In this document: in pieces, positions 10,188 through 18,562 of the stretch | Position numbering within the stretch: position 1 is the stretch's first letter | Layout of the letters: each line of letters begins with the position of its first letter | Assembly: GCA_964486045.1 (NCBI GenBank) | Contig: CAZALK010000006.1 | Location: 128,001-192,000 of the forward strand | DNA from: an uncultured archaeon | Lineage (GTDB): Archaea > Asgardarchaeota > Lokiarchaeia > Sigyniarchaeales > SOKP01 | DNA: 64,000 bases | Reading direction: 5' to 3' | Translations under genes and position numbers: made by a program | The notes under the pieces: model-generated | Told to the model about the DNA's origin: nothing | Seen by the model: only the letters and a program-made list of their open reading frames with translations | Databases searched by the model: none

Positions 10188-11657
10188 TCAACCGAGGAAT
10201 TTTCTTATATTTGCTGCACTTAAAATATATTCTTCTAGATTTCCTTTTTCACTATTTTTTATATCTTGAATTTTTTCTGTTATCTTCTTATGAACTTCAT
10301 CGATTTCTGGAAATTTTGGAAAATCTTTCAGAAACTCTTTAAGTTCTTTTGGTATAAAACGACTTTCAATGTTAAAGTATTTCAATGAGTCTTTTAAATC
10401 TTTTTCAAAATGTACATAGACTTCACTAACAAATTGGTAGTCATCGTTATCTAATGCATTCAGACCTAAGATTTCTGGGGGTAATCCCAAAGAATAGAGA
10501 GCCGCGGTAAACTTAATTGCTCTAGGCAAAGCAATTCCTCCCATGTTGCGAGAATAACCAAATAGACCTATGTGTAACTTCCTTTTTCTTCTACTAGGTA
10601 CATATCTTGCAATATCATTGATTACTGGTGCTAATTTTACTACTTGTTTTTGATATTCTTTCAAATATTTATAAATTATCTCTAAGCATCTTTCTTCATT
10701 TATTTCTTGAGGTTGTTTTATTCTTATTTTTTTTAACTTGCTAATGGCTTTAATAACGTCTTCAGGAGGATTATCATACTTAAATGCTGATTGTATAGTA
10801 AATGTGCTTACACTTGGATATTCCTCAGTGACATTTTCTACATTTTGTGGTCTAAGATTACCTCTAAATGGAGCAGACCCGACCCCTATAATTGGACAAA
10901 TTTTAACCCCTATATCTTCTGATAATCTATATAATCTTTGTAGGGTAATCTTGTTCAAAAGAACAGCGCTAATTAGACCATAATTTAATGCGGGGTCTGA
11001 TCTTGCTAAAAAAACTCGTTGATATTCTAAATTCTTATCTTGTAAGTAGTCTCGTGTTATGTTGTGTGCATTTAGCATGTGCTCAATATCTTCAAAAAGA
11101 GGTATAACGTTAATTTTTTTAGGTTTGAATTCTCCGATCCAATCACCAATCGTTGTCTTTCCACTTGTTAATATTTTCTTTTCTTTTCCTACTACGATAT
11201 CTGAGTAATACCTGTAAACATTGTTTATTTCCATTGATGATGCAGTCATTGGTAGGATAATCTCAAAAATTGGTGCTTTATCGTTATTGTAAAATATTCT
11301 AGCAGCATCAAACGACCTTGGAATGCTTTCTAATGCTTCTAATAAGACTTTTCCTTCCGCTTTTTCAACTGATGGGTTTGGTCCTCTTAAAGTTAGATTT
11401 AAATCCTCGCCTAATGTTTTTTCTTTGAAAAAAGATTTATATTTTGTTAATAATTTTTTAACAACATAACTATCAACTTCCTTCCCTTCACAATCCCACA
11501 TTTGCTCGTCACATCCTAAATGAGAAAATGCATAATATGCTTCTTTTATTTCATCTTCACCACCAATAACTGCATTATTCACAAAAAAAGGAGAATTTAC
11601 ATTATCAGGGTGTTGCGTACTCATACATCTGGGGATTTTTACCTTTGTATTTACCAT
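10188..11657 (-). CDS. ppcA: Archaeal-type phosphoenolpyruvate carboxylase
   Basis: IPRCMSTQHPDN, QMWDCEGK, FLARSDPALNYG, GSAPFRG, LPRAIKF; ATG at 11657 preferred. Confidence 0.95.
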   Translation of the reverse strand: MVNTKVKIPRCMSTQHPDNVNSPFFVNNAVIGGEDEIKEAYYAFSHLGCDEQMWDCEGKEVDSYVVKKLLTKYKSFFKEKTLGEDLNLTLRGPNPSVEKAEGKVLLEALESIPRSFDAARIFYNNDKAPIFEIILPMTASSMEINNVYRYYSDIVVGKEKKILTSGKTTIGDWIGEFKPKKINVIPLFEDIEHMLNAHNITRDYLQDKNLEYQRVFLARSDPALNYGLISAVLLNKITLQRLYRLSEDIGVKICPIIGVGSAPFRGNLRPQNVENVTEEYPSVSTFTIQSAFKYDNPPEDVIKAISKLKKIRIKQPQEINEERCLEIIYKYLKEYQKQVVKLAPVINDIARYVPSRRKRKLHIGLFGYSRNMGGIALPRAIKFTAALYSLGLPPEILGLNALDNDDYQFVSEVYVHFEKDLKDSLKYFNIESRFIPKELKEFLKDFPKFPEIDEVHKKITEKIQDIKNSEKGNLEEYILSAANIRKFLG

Positions 11658-11802
11658 AGTTTTAATATTTAATTGTTTTGATAAAAAAATTACCTTCAAT
11701 TGTTGCTTAAATATTTATTTTTATATTTACAATGAAATATTTCTGTGTAATAATAAAGACAGTTACTGCATGAAAAAAGACAGCTTAAATGGTTTATTAA
11801 AT

Positions 11803-12606
11803 CTATTCCAGTTCATCTACTCCCTTAGTTCTTATGTCAGGACGTGGTGGTACTTGATAATATCTCTGTGTGGGATATCCAAGGATTATAACACCCCAAA
11901 CATTTCCAGTTACACCAAATTGTTCTCGGACTCCTTTATTTGATCTCAGAACTCCATGAGCTAACCCGATCCAGCAAGATCCCAACCCTAAAGTTTGGGC
12001 GCATAACATCCCATATGTCAGAGCTATTGTAGAATTCATAGCATCTCCTGGATTTCTTGAATGTATTATCATAACATGAGGGGCGTTATAAAATATGGTA
12101 TCTATACTAAGTTTTTTAGCTTTTCTGAAATTCTCGCTGTACCTTGGGTTGCTAGAAGCAATTATCGAATCCATAACCACATCTGACAACTCTTTAATCT
12201 TCTCAGCTTCAGAAATTATTTTACATCGCAACGTTCGGATATTTGCCCCTGTAGGAGCATATTTCATGGTATCTAAAACTTTTTCTAATAATTCTTTAGG
12301 AACTTTTTTCTTTTTATATCCTCTAATCGATCTTTTAGCACTCATGAATTTATGCATGTTTTCGTATGAAATTAATTTACTCGGGTCTTGAACTTGCTCA
12401 AACGTTAAAAATTCTCCCATATTCTTGTGTAAAAACGCATCAGATTTGCATCTTGCCATGCACCGTCCGCATGAATCACATAAATGATTAGGATCTTCAA
12501 ACACTATTTTATTTTGTTCTTTATCATGTTGAAAAAATCGTGCACATGAATTTATGCATATCTGACAATTATTACATTTTTCATAATCTATTCCTAATAT
12601 TGGCAT
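11803..12606 (-). CDS. Nitroreductase family protein with N-terminal 4Fe-4S domain
   Basis: CxxCxxCxxxC motifs; KRSIRGY, APTGAN, GLGSCWIG. Confidence 0.9.
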   Translation of the reverse strand: MPILGIDYEKCNNCQICINSCARFFQHDKEQNKIVFEDPNHLCDSCGRCMARCKSDAFLHKNMGEFLTFEQVQDPSKLISYENMHKFMSAKRSIRGYKKKKVPKELLEKVLDTMKYAPTGANIRTLRCKIISEAEKIKELSDVVMDSIIASSNPRYSENFRKAKKLSIDTIFYNAPHVMIIHSRNPGDAMNSTIALTYGMLCAQTLGLGSCWIGLAHGVLRSNKGVREQFGVTGNVWGVIILGYPTQRYYQVPPRPDIRTKGVDELE

Positions 12607-12674
12607 AATAAATAGAAATTCAGTTTAAGTAATTTTTCGATTTATTTCTGTTTCTTAGAATAATAAAGAGTGAT

Positions 12675-13652
12675 TTAATTATTTTTTTTAATTTCAAAAT
12701 TGACATTTTCGAACTTATTATGGATAGTTCGGTAAATTCTAAATTTTCCATCATCTACAGCATGAGTTATAATTTCGTCAATCTCTTTTTCATTTAGAAA
12801 TCCTTCTGAAATGATTTTGTCTATCTTTGAATACACCAATTCCCTAATTTTATATCTAAACCTATTTTTTTTCTTTTCATTAATAGCTTCAGACAATTCT
12901 AAATGTTCTTTGTGATCCATAATATTTTGCACTAAATCTTCCACTCCTTCCCCTGAAATAGCGTCAGTCATAGAAACTGGTGGTCTCCACCCACTTTGGA
13001 AAGTAGAATCGTCAAGCATCATCTCTATTTGTACAGCGATATCTTCGCCACCTAAATCTTTTTTGTTAATATCGTAAATATCACCTATTTCAATGATGCC
13101 TGCTTTCTGCATCTGTATCGCATCTCCATAACCGGGCACAAGAATAACAACAACTGAATAAACTAAATTATAAATGTCAAACTCTGCTTGACCGACACCT
13201 ACAGTTTCGATAATTATTAAATCCATCCCAAATGCTTCATATAATAAGCTTATATCAAAAACTGCTCTCGAAATCCCACCTTTATACCCTCTTGATGCGA
13301 GGCTTCTCATGAATACATTTGGGTGTAAAGAAATATTGGTCATCCTTATCCTATCACCAAGAAATGCTCCCCCGCTAAATGGACTTGTAGGATCTACGCA
13401 GATTATTCCGATCCTTTTTCCTTCATCTAATAACTTCTTGCAGATTGCCCCTGTTAATGTACTTTTTCCAACCCCAGGAGAGCCAGTAATCCCGATAATG
13501 TATGAATTATGTTTTACGTCTTCAAAATGTTTAAAAATTTCATGAGCTTTTTCTGGCTCATTTTCTATGATTGTTATTAATCTTGCTAAGGCGATTTTAT
13601 CATTATTTTTAAATTTAGTGATCAAAGCATTAATGTCATAGTTTTTTTTCAA
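12675..13652 (-). CDS. meaB: MeaB/ArgK GTPase chaperone of B12 mutases
   Basis: GITGSPGVGKST, DPTSPFSGGAFLGDRIRM, ETVGVGQ; in mutase operon. Confidence 0.95.
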   Translation of the reverse strand: MKKNYDINALITKFKNNDKIALARLITIIENEPEKAHEIFKHFEDVKHNSYIIGITGSPGVGKSTLTGAICKKLLDEGKRIGIICVDPTSPFSGGAFLGDRIRMTNISLHPNVFMRSLASRGYKGGISRAVFDISLLYEAFGMDLIIIETVGVGQAEFDIYNLVYSVVVILVPGYGDAIQMQKAGIIEIGDIYDINKKDLGGEDIAVQIEMMLDDSTFQSGWRPPVSMTDAISGEGVEDLVQNIMDHKEHLELSEAINEKKKNRFRYKIRELVYSKIDKIISEGFLNEKEIDEIITHAVDDGKFRIYRTIHNKFENVNFEIKKNN

Positions 13653-13720
13653 GAAGTAGCAACCCCATTCAAAAATAGCTTAAAATTATATTATAGAAAA
13701 GAAAATATTACATAGTTTTT

Positions 13721-14119
13721 TTATTTTTTGATGTTATTTCTAATAAATTCAATAATATCTTTCGTGAGAGTTCCAGGTCCGTAGACGTTCGCTACGCCCA
13801 TTTCTCGTAGTTTTGGAAAATCTTTCGCAGGGATAACTCCCCCAAGCAGAATCATAATATCATCAAAAACACCTTTTTCTTTTAACAAATCAATGATTTC
13901 TTGAGTATAAGCAAAGTGAGCCCCTGAATGAATACTCAACCCAATTATATCAACATCTTCTTGAATTGCTGCTTCCACAATTTCCTGAACATTTTGAAAT
14001 CCACCAAATATAAGCTCCATACCTGCATCTCTAATAGCTCTTGAGACAACAATCCCACCCCGCCAATGACCATCAATTCCAGGTTTTGACATTAGTACTC
14101 TTATTTTCTTATCATCCAT
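13721..14119 (-). CDS. Acyl-CoA mutase, cobalamin-binding small subunit
   Basis: DGHWRG (DxHxxG), GLSIHSG, GGVIP. Confidence 0.95.
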   Translation of the reverse strand: MDDKKIRVLMSKPGIDGHWRGGIVVSRAIRDAGMELIFGGFQNVQEIVEAAIQEDVDIIGLSIHSGAHFAYTQEIIDLLKEKGVFDDIMILLGGVIPAKDFPKLREMGVANVYGPGTLTKDIIEFIRNNIKK

Positions 14120-14137
14120 ATGATTTCACCTCAAGAT

Positions 14138-15814
14138 TTAAATTGCTAATGGAGGTTCCCAGATACCCCAAATTTCTCTATAAATATCACAAATCTCACC
14201 CACAGTTGCCCCTTCTCTAGTTGCTTCCATTATGATAGGCATAACATTTTCTTCTTTTTCGCACACATCTCTCAATTTGTCTAAAATCTTTTCTAATTTT
14301 GCGTTATCTCGTTTGGCTTTCAAATTATTAATTCTCTCAATTTCAACGGTAATAGCTTTCTTATTGGTTCTAAATACATCAGTAACATCGTCATATGGAA
14401 CGGGATACTTATTGACACCAAGCATAATTTCATCACCACTTTCAATACGTGTTCTTCTCTTGTGGAAGGCATCCCTCATTTCCTTATATAAAAATCCAGA
14501 CGAAAGAGCTTTATCAATTGATCCGGCCTGTTGGATTTTATCCATATACTTCCATACCCTCTCCTCGATTTCGTCAGTTAGCCATTCAATAAAGTATGAG
14601 CCTGCGAGAGGATCGATTGTATTATGAATCCGAGTTTCATCTGAAATTATTTGTTGGGTTCTTAAAGCAACTAAGGCAGCTTCCTCAGATGGTAAACAAA
14701 TTGCTTCATCATAAGAATTAGTGTGTAATGATTGACAACCACCGAGATTTGCTTCTAAAGCTTGAATTGCGGTTCTTACAATATTCACCTTAGGTAGTTG
14801 TGCTGTCAAAGAAGAACCTGCAGTCTGAACATGGAATCGAAATCCAAAATTTTTTGGATCCTTAGCTTCATACTTATCTTTCATTAACTTATACCAAATT
14901 CTCCTAGCTGCTCTAAATTTTGCAATTTCTTCAAAGAAGTCTTTATGGGCCGCTAAATGGAAGGCTAAACGCCCCACAAAATCATCAGCTTTCCATCCCC
15001 GTTCTATTAGATTGTCAATATGAGAACAAGCGCTAGCAAATACGAATCCAAGTTCTTGAACCGCATCTATTCCACCTTCTCGATAATTATATCCAGTAAA
15101 ATTAATAGGATGCCAATTTGGAACGTTTTTCATTGGTACTGTCCATTCAATAAAATCGCAGGCTAAACGTAGAATGTGATTAGGAGGACAATTTTTATAA
15201 GGAATGTAGCCTACTGTCATTGTTAAAATGTCATTTTGAGTAGTTCCCCTTAATTGACTTATATCATACCCACGCATTTTTGCCATATTAAAATACATAG
15301 CACATACAGGAGCAGATGTGAAAGGTTCTACTACTAAGGCTACACTTATTTTATCAATTGGAATATCTTCAGTTAAGGCAAAAAGACTATCAATACAATA
15401 TAATGGTACTCCAGATGTTCCAACTTCAGGGGCAGCATCTGGATTAGTAGGGTCAATTCCATTAAAAGTTAATGCATCAACTGCAGCGCTAAAACCCGTT
15501 TCACCATTTTCAAAGAGAAACTTCCATCTTTTATTAGTTTCTTCAGGAGTTCCGTGACCCGAAAATAATCTCATAGTCCACAATCGCCCCCTATACATAG
15601 AAGGATAAACTCCCCTTGTATATGGAGGGACTCCTGGAAAACTGATATCGCTTAAATAATCCTTTTCTTTGAGATCTAAAGGAGTATATAATTGCTTAAT
15701 TGGAATCTCAGAGTCGGTTACAAATTTAACATCGCGTTCTTTTAGACTTTCATAAAGCTTTTCCCACTTCTCTTTTTCTTCTCTGACTTTTTCCAAATAA
15801 TTTTTATCAAACAA
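14138..15814 (-). CDS. Acyl-CoA mutase large (substrate-binding) subunit, MCM family
   Basis: PYTRGVYPSMYRGRLWTMR, QNDIL, EEIAKFRAARRIW, QSLHTNSYDEA, DPLAGSY. Confidence 0.95.
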   Translation of the reverse strand: MFDKNYLEKVREEKEKWEKLYESLKERDVKFVTDSEIPIKQLYTPLDLKEKDYLSDISFPGVPPYTRGVYPSMYRGRLWTMRLFSGHGTPEETNKRWKFLFENGETGFSAAVDALTFNGIDPTNPDAAPEVGTSGVPLYCIDSLFALTEDIPIDKISVALVVEPFTSAPVCAMYFNMAKMRGYDISQLRGTTQNDILTMTVGYIPYKNCPPNHILRLACDFIEWTVPMKNVPNWHPINFTGYNYREGGIDAVQELGFVFASACSHIDNLIERGWKADDFVGRLAFHLAAHKDFFEEIAKFRAARRIWYKLMKDKYEAKDPKNFGFRFHVQTAGSSLTAQLPKVNIVRTAIQALEANLGGCQSLHTNSYDEAICLPSEEAALVALRTQQIISDETRIHNTIDPLAGSYFIEWLTDEIEERVWKYMDKIQQAGSIDKALSSGFLYKEMRDAFHKRRTRIESGDEIMLGVNKYPVPYDDVTDVFRTNKKAITVEIERINNLKAKRDNAKLEKILDKLRDVCEKEENVMPIIMEATREGATVGEICDIYREIWGIWEPPLAI

Positions 15815-15973
15815 TCTTAAATCACAGAAATTTGCTAATTATCTTTATGTAATTTAAGAAATGATATTTATATTTATTTTTTTAAAATAAACATATTTTA
15901 AATTTCAAAAGAAACTAAAATGCTTTACTTATTATTTAAAAATATAATAATTAAACATATTCAATTCAGCTAA

Positions 15974-16320
15974 TCAATCTGTTTTTTCTTTCTTTTCTAT
16001 TCTATCCAATACCTCTTGAATCTTTTTCAATTCTCCCAGTATTAAATTGGCATTTTGAATTTCTCGGGATTTTTTAAATCTTGATCTTGAGCATCTATAT
16101 TCCGTATTTTATCCCTTATTGCCGTACGAATAAACTCCGATTGAGTTTGATGAGAATTACGAGCATATTTTTTTAAATCATCTAATTCTGGGATAAAAAC
16201 TACAAATTTAACTTGCTTCTCTTTTAATGCTTTTTTAACTAAATGTAATTCTTCTCTTCTTCTCTCCTTCTCAATTTCTCTTGCTCTTTGTTCCTCCTCA
16301 TTAAGTTTTTCTAGATTAAA
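15974..16320 (-). pseudogene. Ribbon-helix-helix (CopG-like) regulator remnant, no start codon, frameshifted 3' end
   Basis: Manual translation KQVKFVVFIPELDDLKKYARNSHQTQSEFIRTAIRDKI; the tail continues in another frame (..ELKKIQEVLDRIEKKEKTD*). Confidence 0.6.
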
Positions 16321-16511
16321 TCTATCACATGTTCGTTCTCTATTTTCACTCCAAAGCTACCCACAAAGGATTTGCGCCCAATGTATTTTTTATTCAAATC
16401 CAACTGAGGAATAGAGACACCAATTAATTCTTCTAAATCTCTTAATGATTTAGCCTCAACGGGTTTTAATTTGAGTTTTTTTTCCATCCAAGAACTTTCT
16501 TTTTCAATCAT
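16311..16511 (-). pseudogene. Short ORF resembling the N-terminal cap of Asgard leucine-rich-repeat proteins, truncated
   Basis: EAKSLRDLEELIGVSIP..FGVKIENEHVIDL pattern; stops before any LRR. Confidence 0.4.
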
Positions 16512-16733
16512 TTTTAAATCTCCTTTTTTTTACAAAAAATTTCTTTCCTAATGAAACTGAACCATATAAATTCCAGTTTCAGCAAACCGGATTTTCTGCT
16601 TGGAAAGAATTAGTTCTTTTTTCTTAATAAAATAATTATTGCACAAATTTGGTACATATTTTATTGGGAGACAACAAAGTTATCCAAAAAAATTTAAAAA
16701 TCCGAAATCTGAAAAGCTTGATAATCAAATGTT

Positions 16734-16910
16734 TTACAATCGGGATATATAATATCTAAATTTTTTATAATCAATCTGTCATGCCTCAAAAAAATCAAAA
16801 GCTCTCTTAGTATCCCATAGGTTCTTGATGTTCTTGATACCGTTATAAAGATCTGTTAAAAGGTTTTGATCACAGGGGTACATCTGATGTGATGGATAGA
16901 ATTCAAGATT
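16734..16910 (-). pseudogene. 3' fragment of a paralog of the MBL-fold hydrolase at 25413-26261
   Basis: Collinear nucleotide similarity to 25413-25590; Trp codon replaced by TGA; 5' part absent. Confidence 0.85.
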
Positions 16911-16952
16911 TTTATTTTTTTCAAATAAATCTATTAAATAAATCTCCCATTA

Positions 16953-17381
16953 TTACTCCCATAATTCAAGAAAATCAAATTCTGAAAATGCGTTAATTCG
17001 TGGAAAATGCTTTTTATCCTTTGTTATTAAAATAATCTTGTTGGCGATTGCTATAGAAGCATTTAATAAATCAAATTGAGGCACTCGCATCCCGCTTCTG
17101 TCCAATTCCGCACAAATCTCTCCATATATTTTACTAGAATTTGAATCTAATGTTTTTATTTCGGAAAGATTAGTGATAAAATTATTTAATTTTTTTGCTT
17201 CAACAATTTGTTTCTGTTTTGATTTTAGAGTATAGACTCCGTACCACAATTCACATGAAGTTAAATAAGTAATCGTTAAATCTGTTCCTTGTGATATTAA
17301 ATTTTTGATTTTTTTTTCTACTTTTGAATCATTTCCTCTCAAAAAATCAATAGCTATATTTGTTTCTACTATTTTAATCAT
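16953..17381 (-). CDS. vapC: VapC PIN-domain toxin
   Basis: ETNIAIDFL, ELWYG, FDLLNASIA, TKDKKHF; overlaps the upstream antitoxin. Confidence 0.85.
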   Translation of the reverse strand: MIKIVETNIAIDFLRGNDSKVEKKIKNLISQGTDLTITYLTSCELWYGVYTLKSKQKQIVEAKKLNNFITNLSEIKTLDSNSSKIYGEICAELDRSGMRVPQFDLLNASIAIANKIILITKDKKHFPRINAFSEFDFLELWE

Positions 17382-17601
17382 TCTTTCCACTACCAGTTAA
17401 ATTTTCCTCTCTGATTTTTGTTAATTTTTCCCCCAATCCTTCCCATAATTCAGGATCAAATTTTTTTTGCATCATTAACCAAGGATTTTTTTTCGTAGAT
17501 ACAAGTCTCTCAATCACATTTGAAAAAGATTCTCCTTCCCTTTTTTCTTTCTTTAATAATTTAAAAACTCGTTCTGATAATGAAATTGTTTTTTGAGTCA
17601 T
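17374..17601 (-). CDS. Archaeal VapB-type antitoxin
   Basis: KTISLSERVFKLLKKEKREGESFSNVIERL; coupled to vapC. Confidence 0.85.
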   Translation of the reverse strand: MTQKTISLSERVFKLLKKEKREGESFSNVIERLVSTKKNPWLMMQKKFDPELWEGLGEKLTKIREENLTGSGKND

Positions 17602-17722
17602 ATTTTAAATAAATAAATAGATCTATTTAAACAGATCTGTTTACTAAAGTTAAATGTATTTAGCATTTAGAATAAGGAACTATTAAATTAATTTATAATA
17701 TGATTAGTCTACAAAACTTGTA

Positions 17723-17825
17723 TTTTCTAAATTGTTTTTATTAAACAATCTGAAATCACTGAAATTTGCTAATTATCTTTATGTATTTTAAGAAATGATA
17801 TTTGTATTTATTTTTTTTAAAAAAT
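17723..17825 (-). repeat. Diverged copy of the mutase 5' end and upstream region (15788-15890)
   Basis: aaacaatct.aaatcac.gaaatttgctaattatctttatgta.tt.aagaaatgatattt shared by both sites. Confidence 0.85.
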
Positions 17826-18190
17826 AGAATAAAAAAGATATCTATATAAACTACATTAATGAAAATTAATATTGATCTTTAAAGATTATTATTTTTGAAA
17901 GCTAGAGAATATCCAAAATAATTCCTGAAAACACTAAATCTATTACCTCAGAATGGTTTAATTCCGTATTACATAAGAATGGAGTTTCAAAGGGAGAGAA
18001 TTTTAAATCAATATCCAATTTTATTTTTCCTAAATACATTTTATCAAACATTTATAAAATCACAATAGTTTTTGTAAACTTAAGTTATAGAAATTACTAC
18101 ATCTAAAAAATTTTAATAAAAAATATATTTGAATCTAATAATTATTAAAAATCTATAATTATCTAGATTTATAGTTTTATTTTAAAATAA

Positions 18191-18308
18191 GTATCTCAGA
18201 ATTTGATCTAATTTTTTAATACTTCAAATTCTTAAGCTCAAGTTTAAGTTAATTAGGTATCTCAAAATTTGACCTAATTTTTTAGTTCTTCAAATTCTTG
18301 TTCTCAAG
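18191..18308. repeat. Two imperfect direct repeats, 66-bp period
   Basis: gtatctcagaatttgatctaattttttaatacttcaaattctt at 18191 vs gtatctcaaaatttgacctaattttttagttcttcaaattctt at 18257. Confidence 0.8.
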
Positions 18309-18459
18309 TATTAAATTTGCGGAACATCAGGCTTCATTAATATTAACACTTCTCAATTTTAACGAAAAAAGAGAATCGCACGAGATTGATCATTTTCATA
18401 GTTTGGAATTTTGTCGTGTATTTTTTTATATTTCTTTTCCCATAAAATTAAGTTAAGGT

Positions 18460-18554
18460 AAAAATCTTTAAATAAGTAAAAGATAATTATCTATATAACA
18501 AACTCTTTAAAAATAACAAAATTTAATAAAATTATAAAAAATTATAAGTGGAGG
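18460..18554 (+). promoter_or_regulatory. Putative TATA box (TTTAAATA 18467-18474, preceded by an A-run) and SD (GGAGG 18550-18554) of the histone gene
   Basis: Motifs and spacing upstream of ATG 18563; TATA call is weak in AT-rich DNA. Confidence 0.55.
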
Positions 18555-18562
18555 AAAAAAAA

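Noticed and set aside
18191-18308. CRISPR array
   Set aside because: Only two long imperfect copies, no unique spacers and no cas genes.
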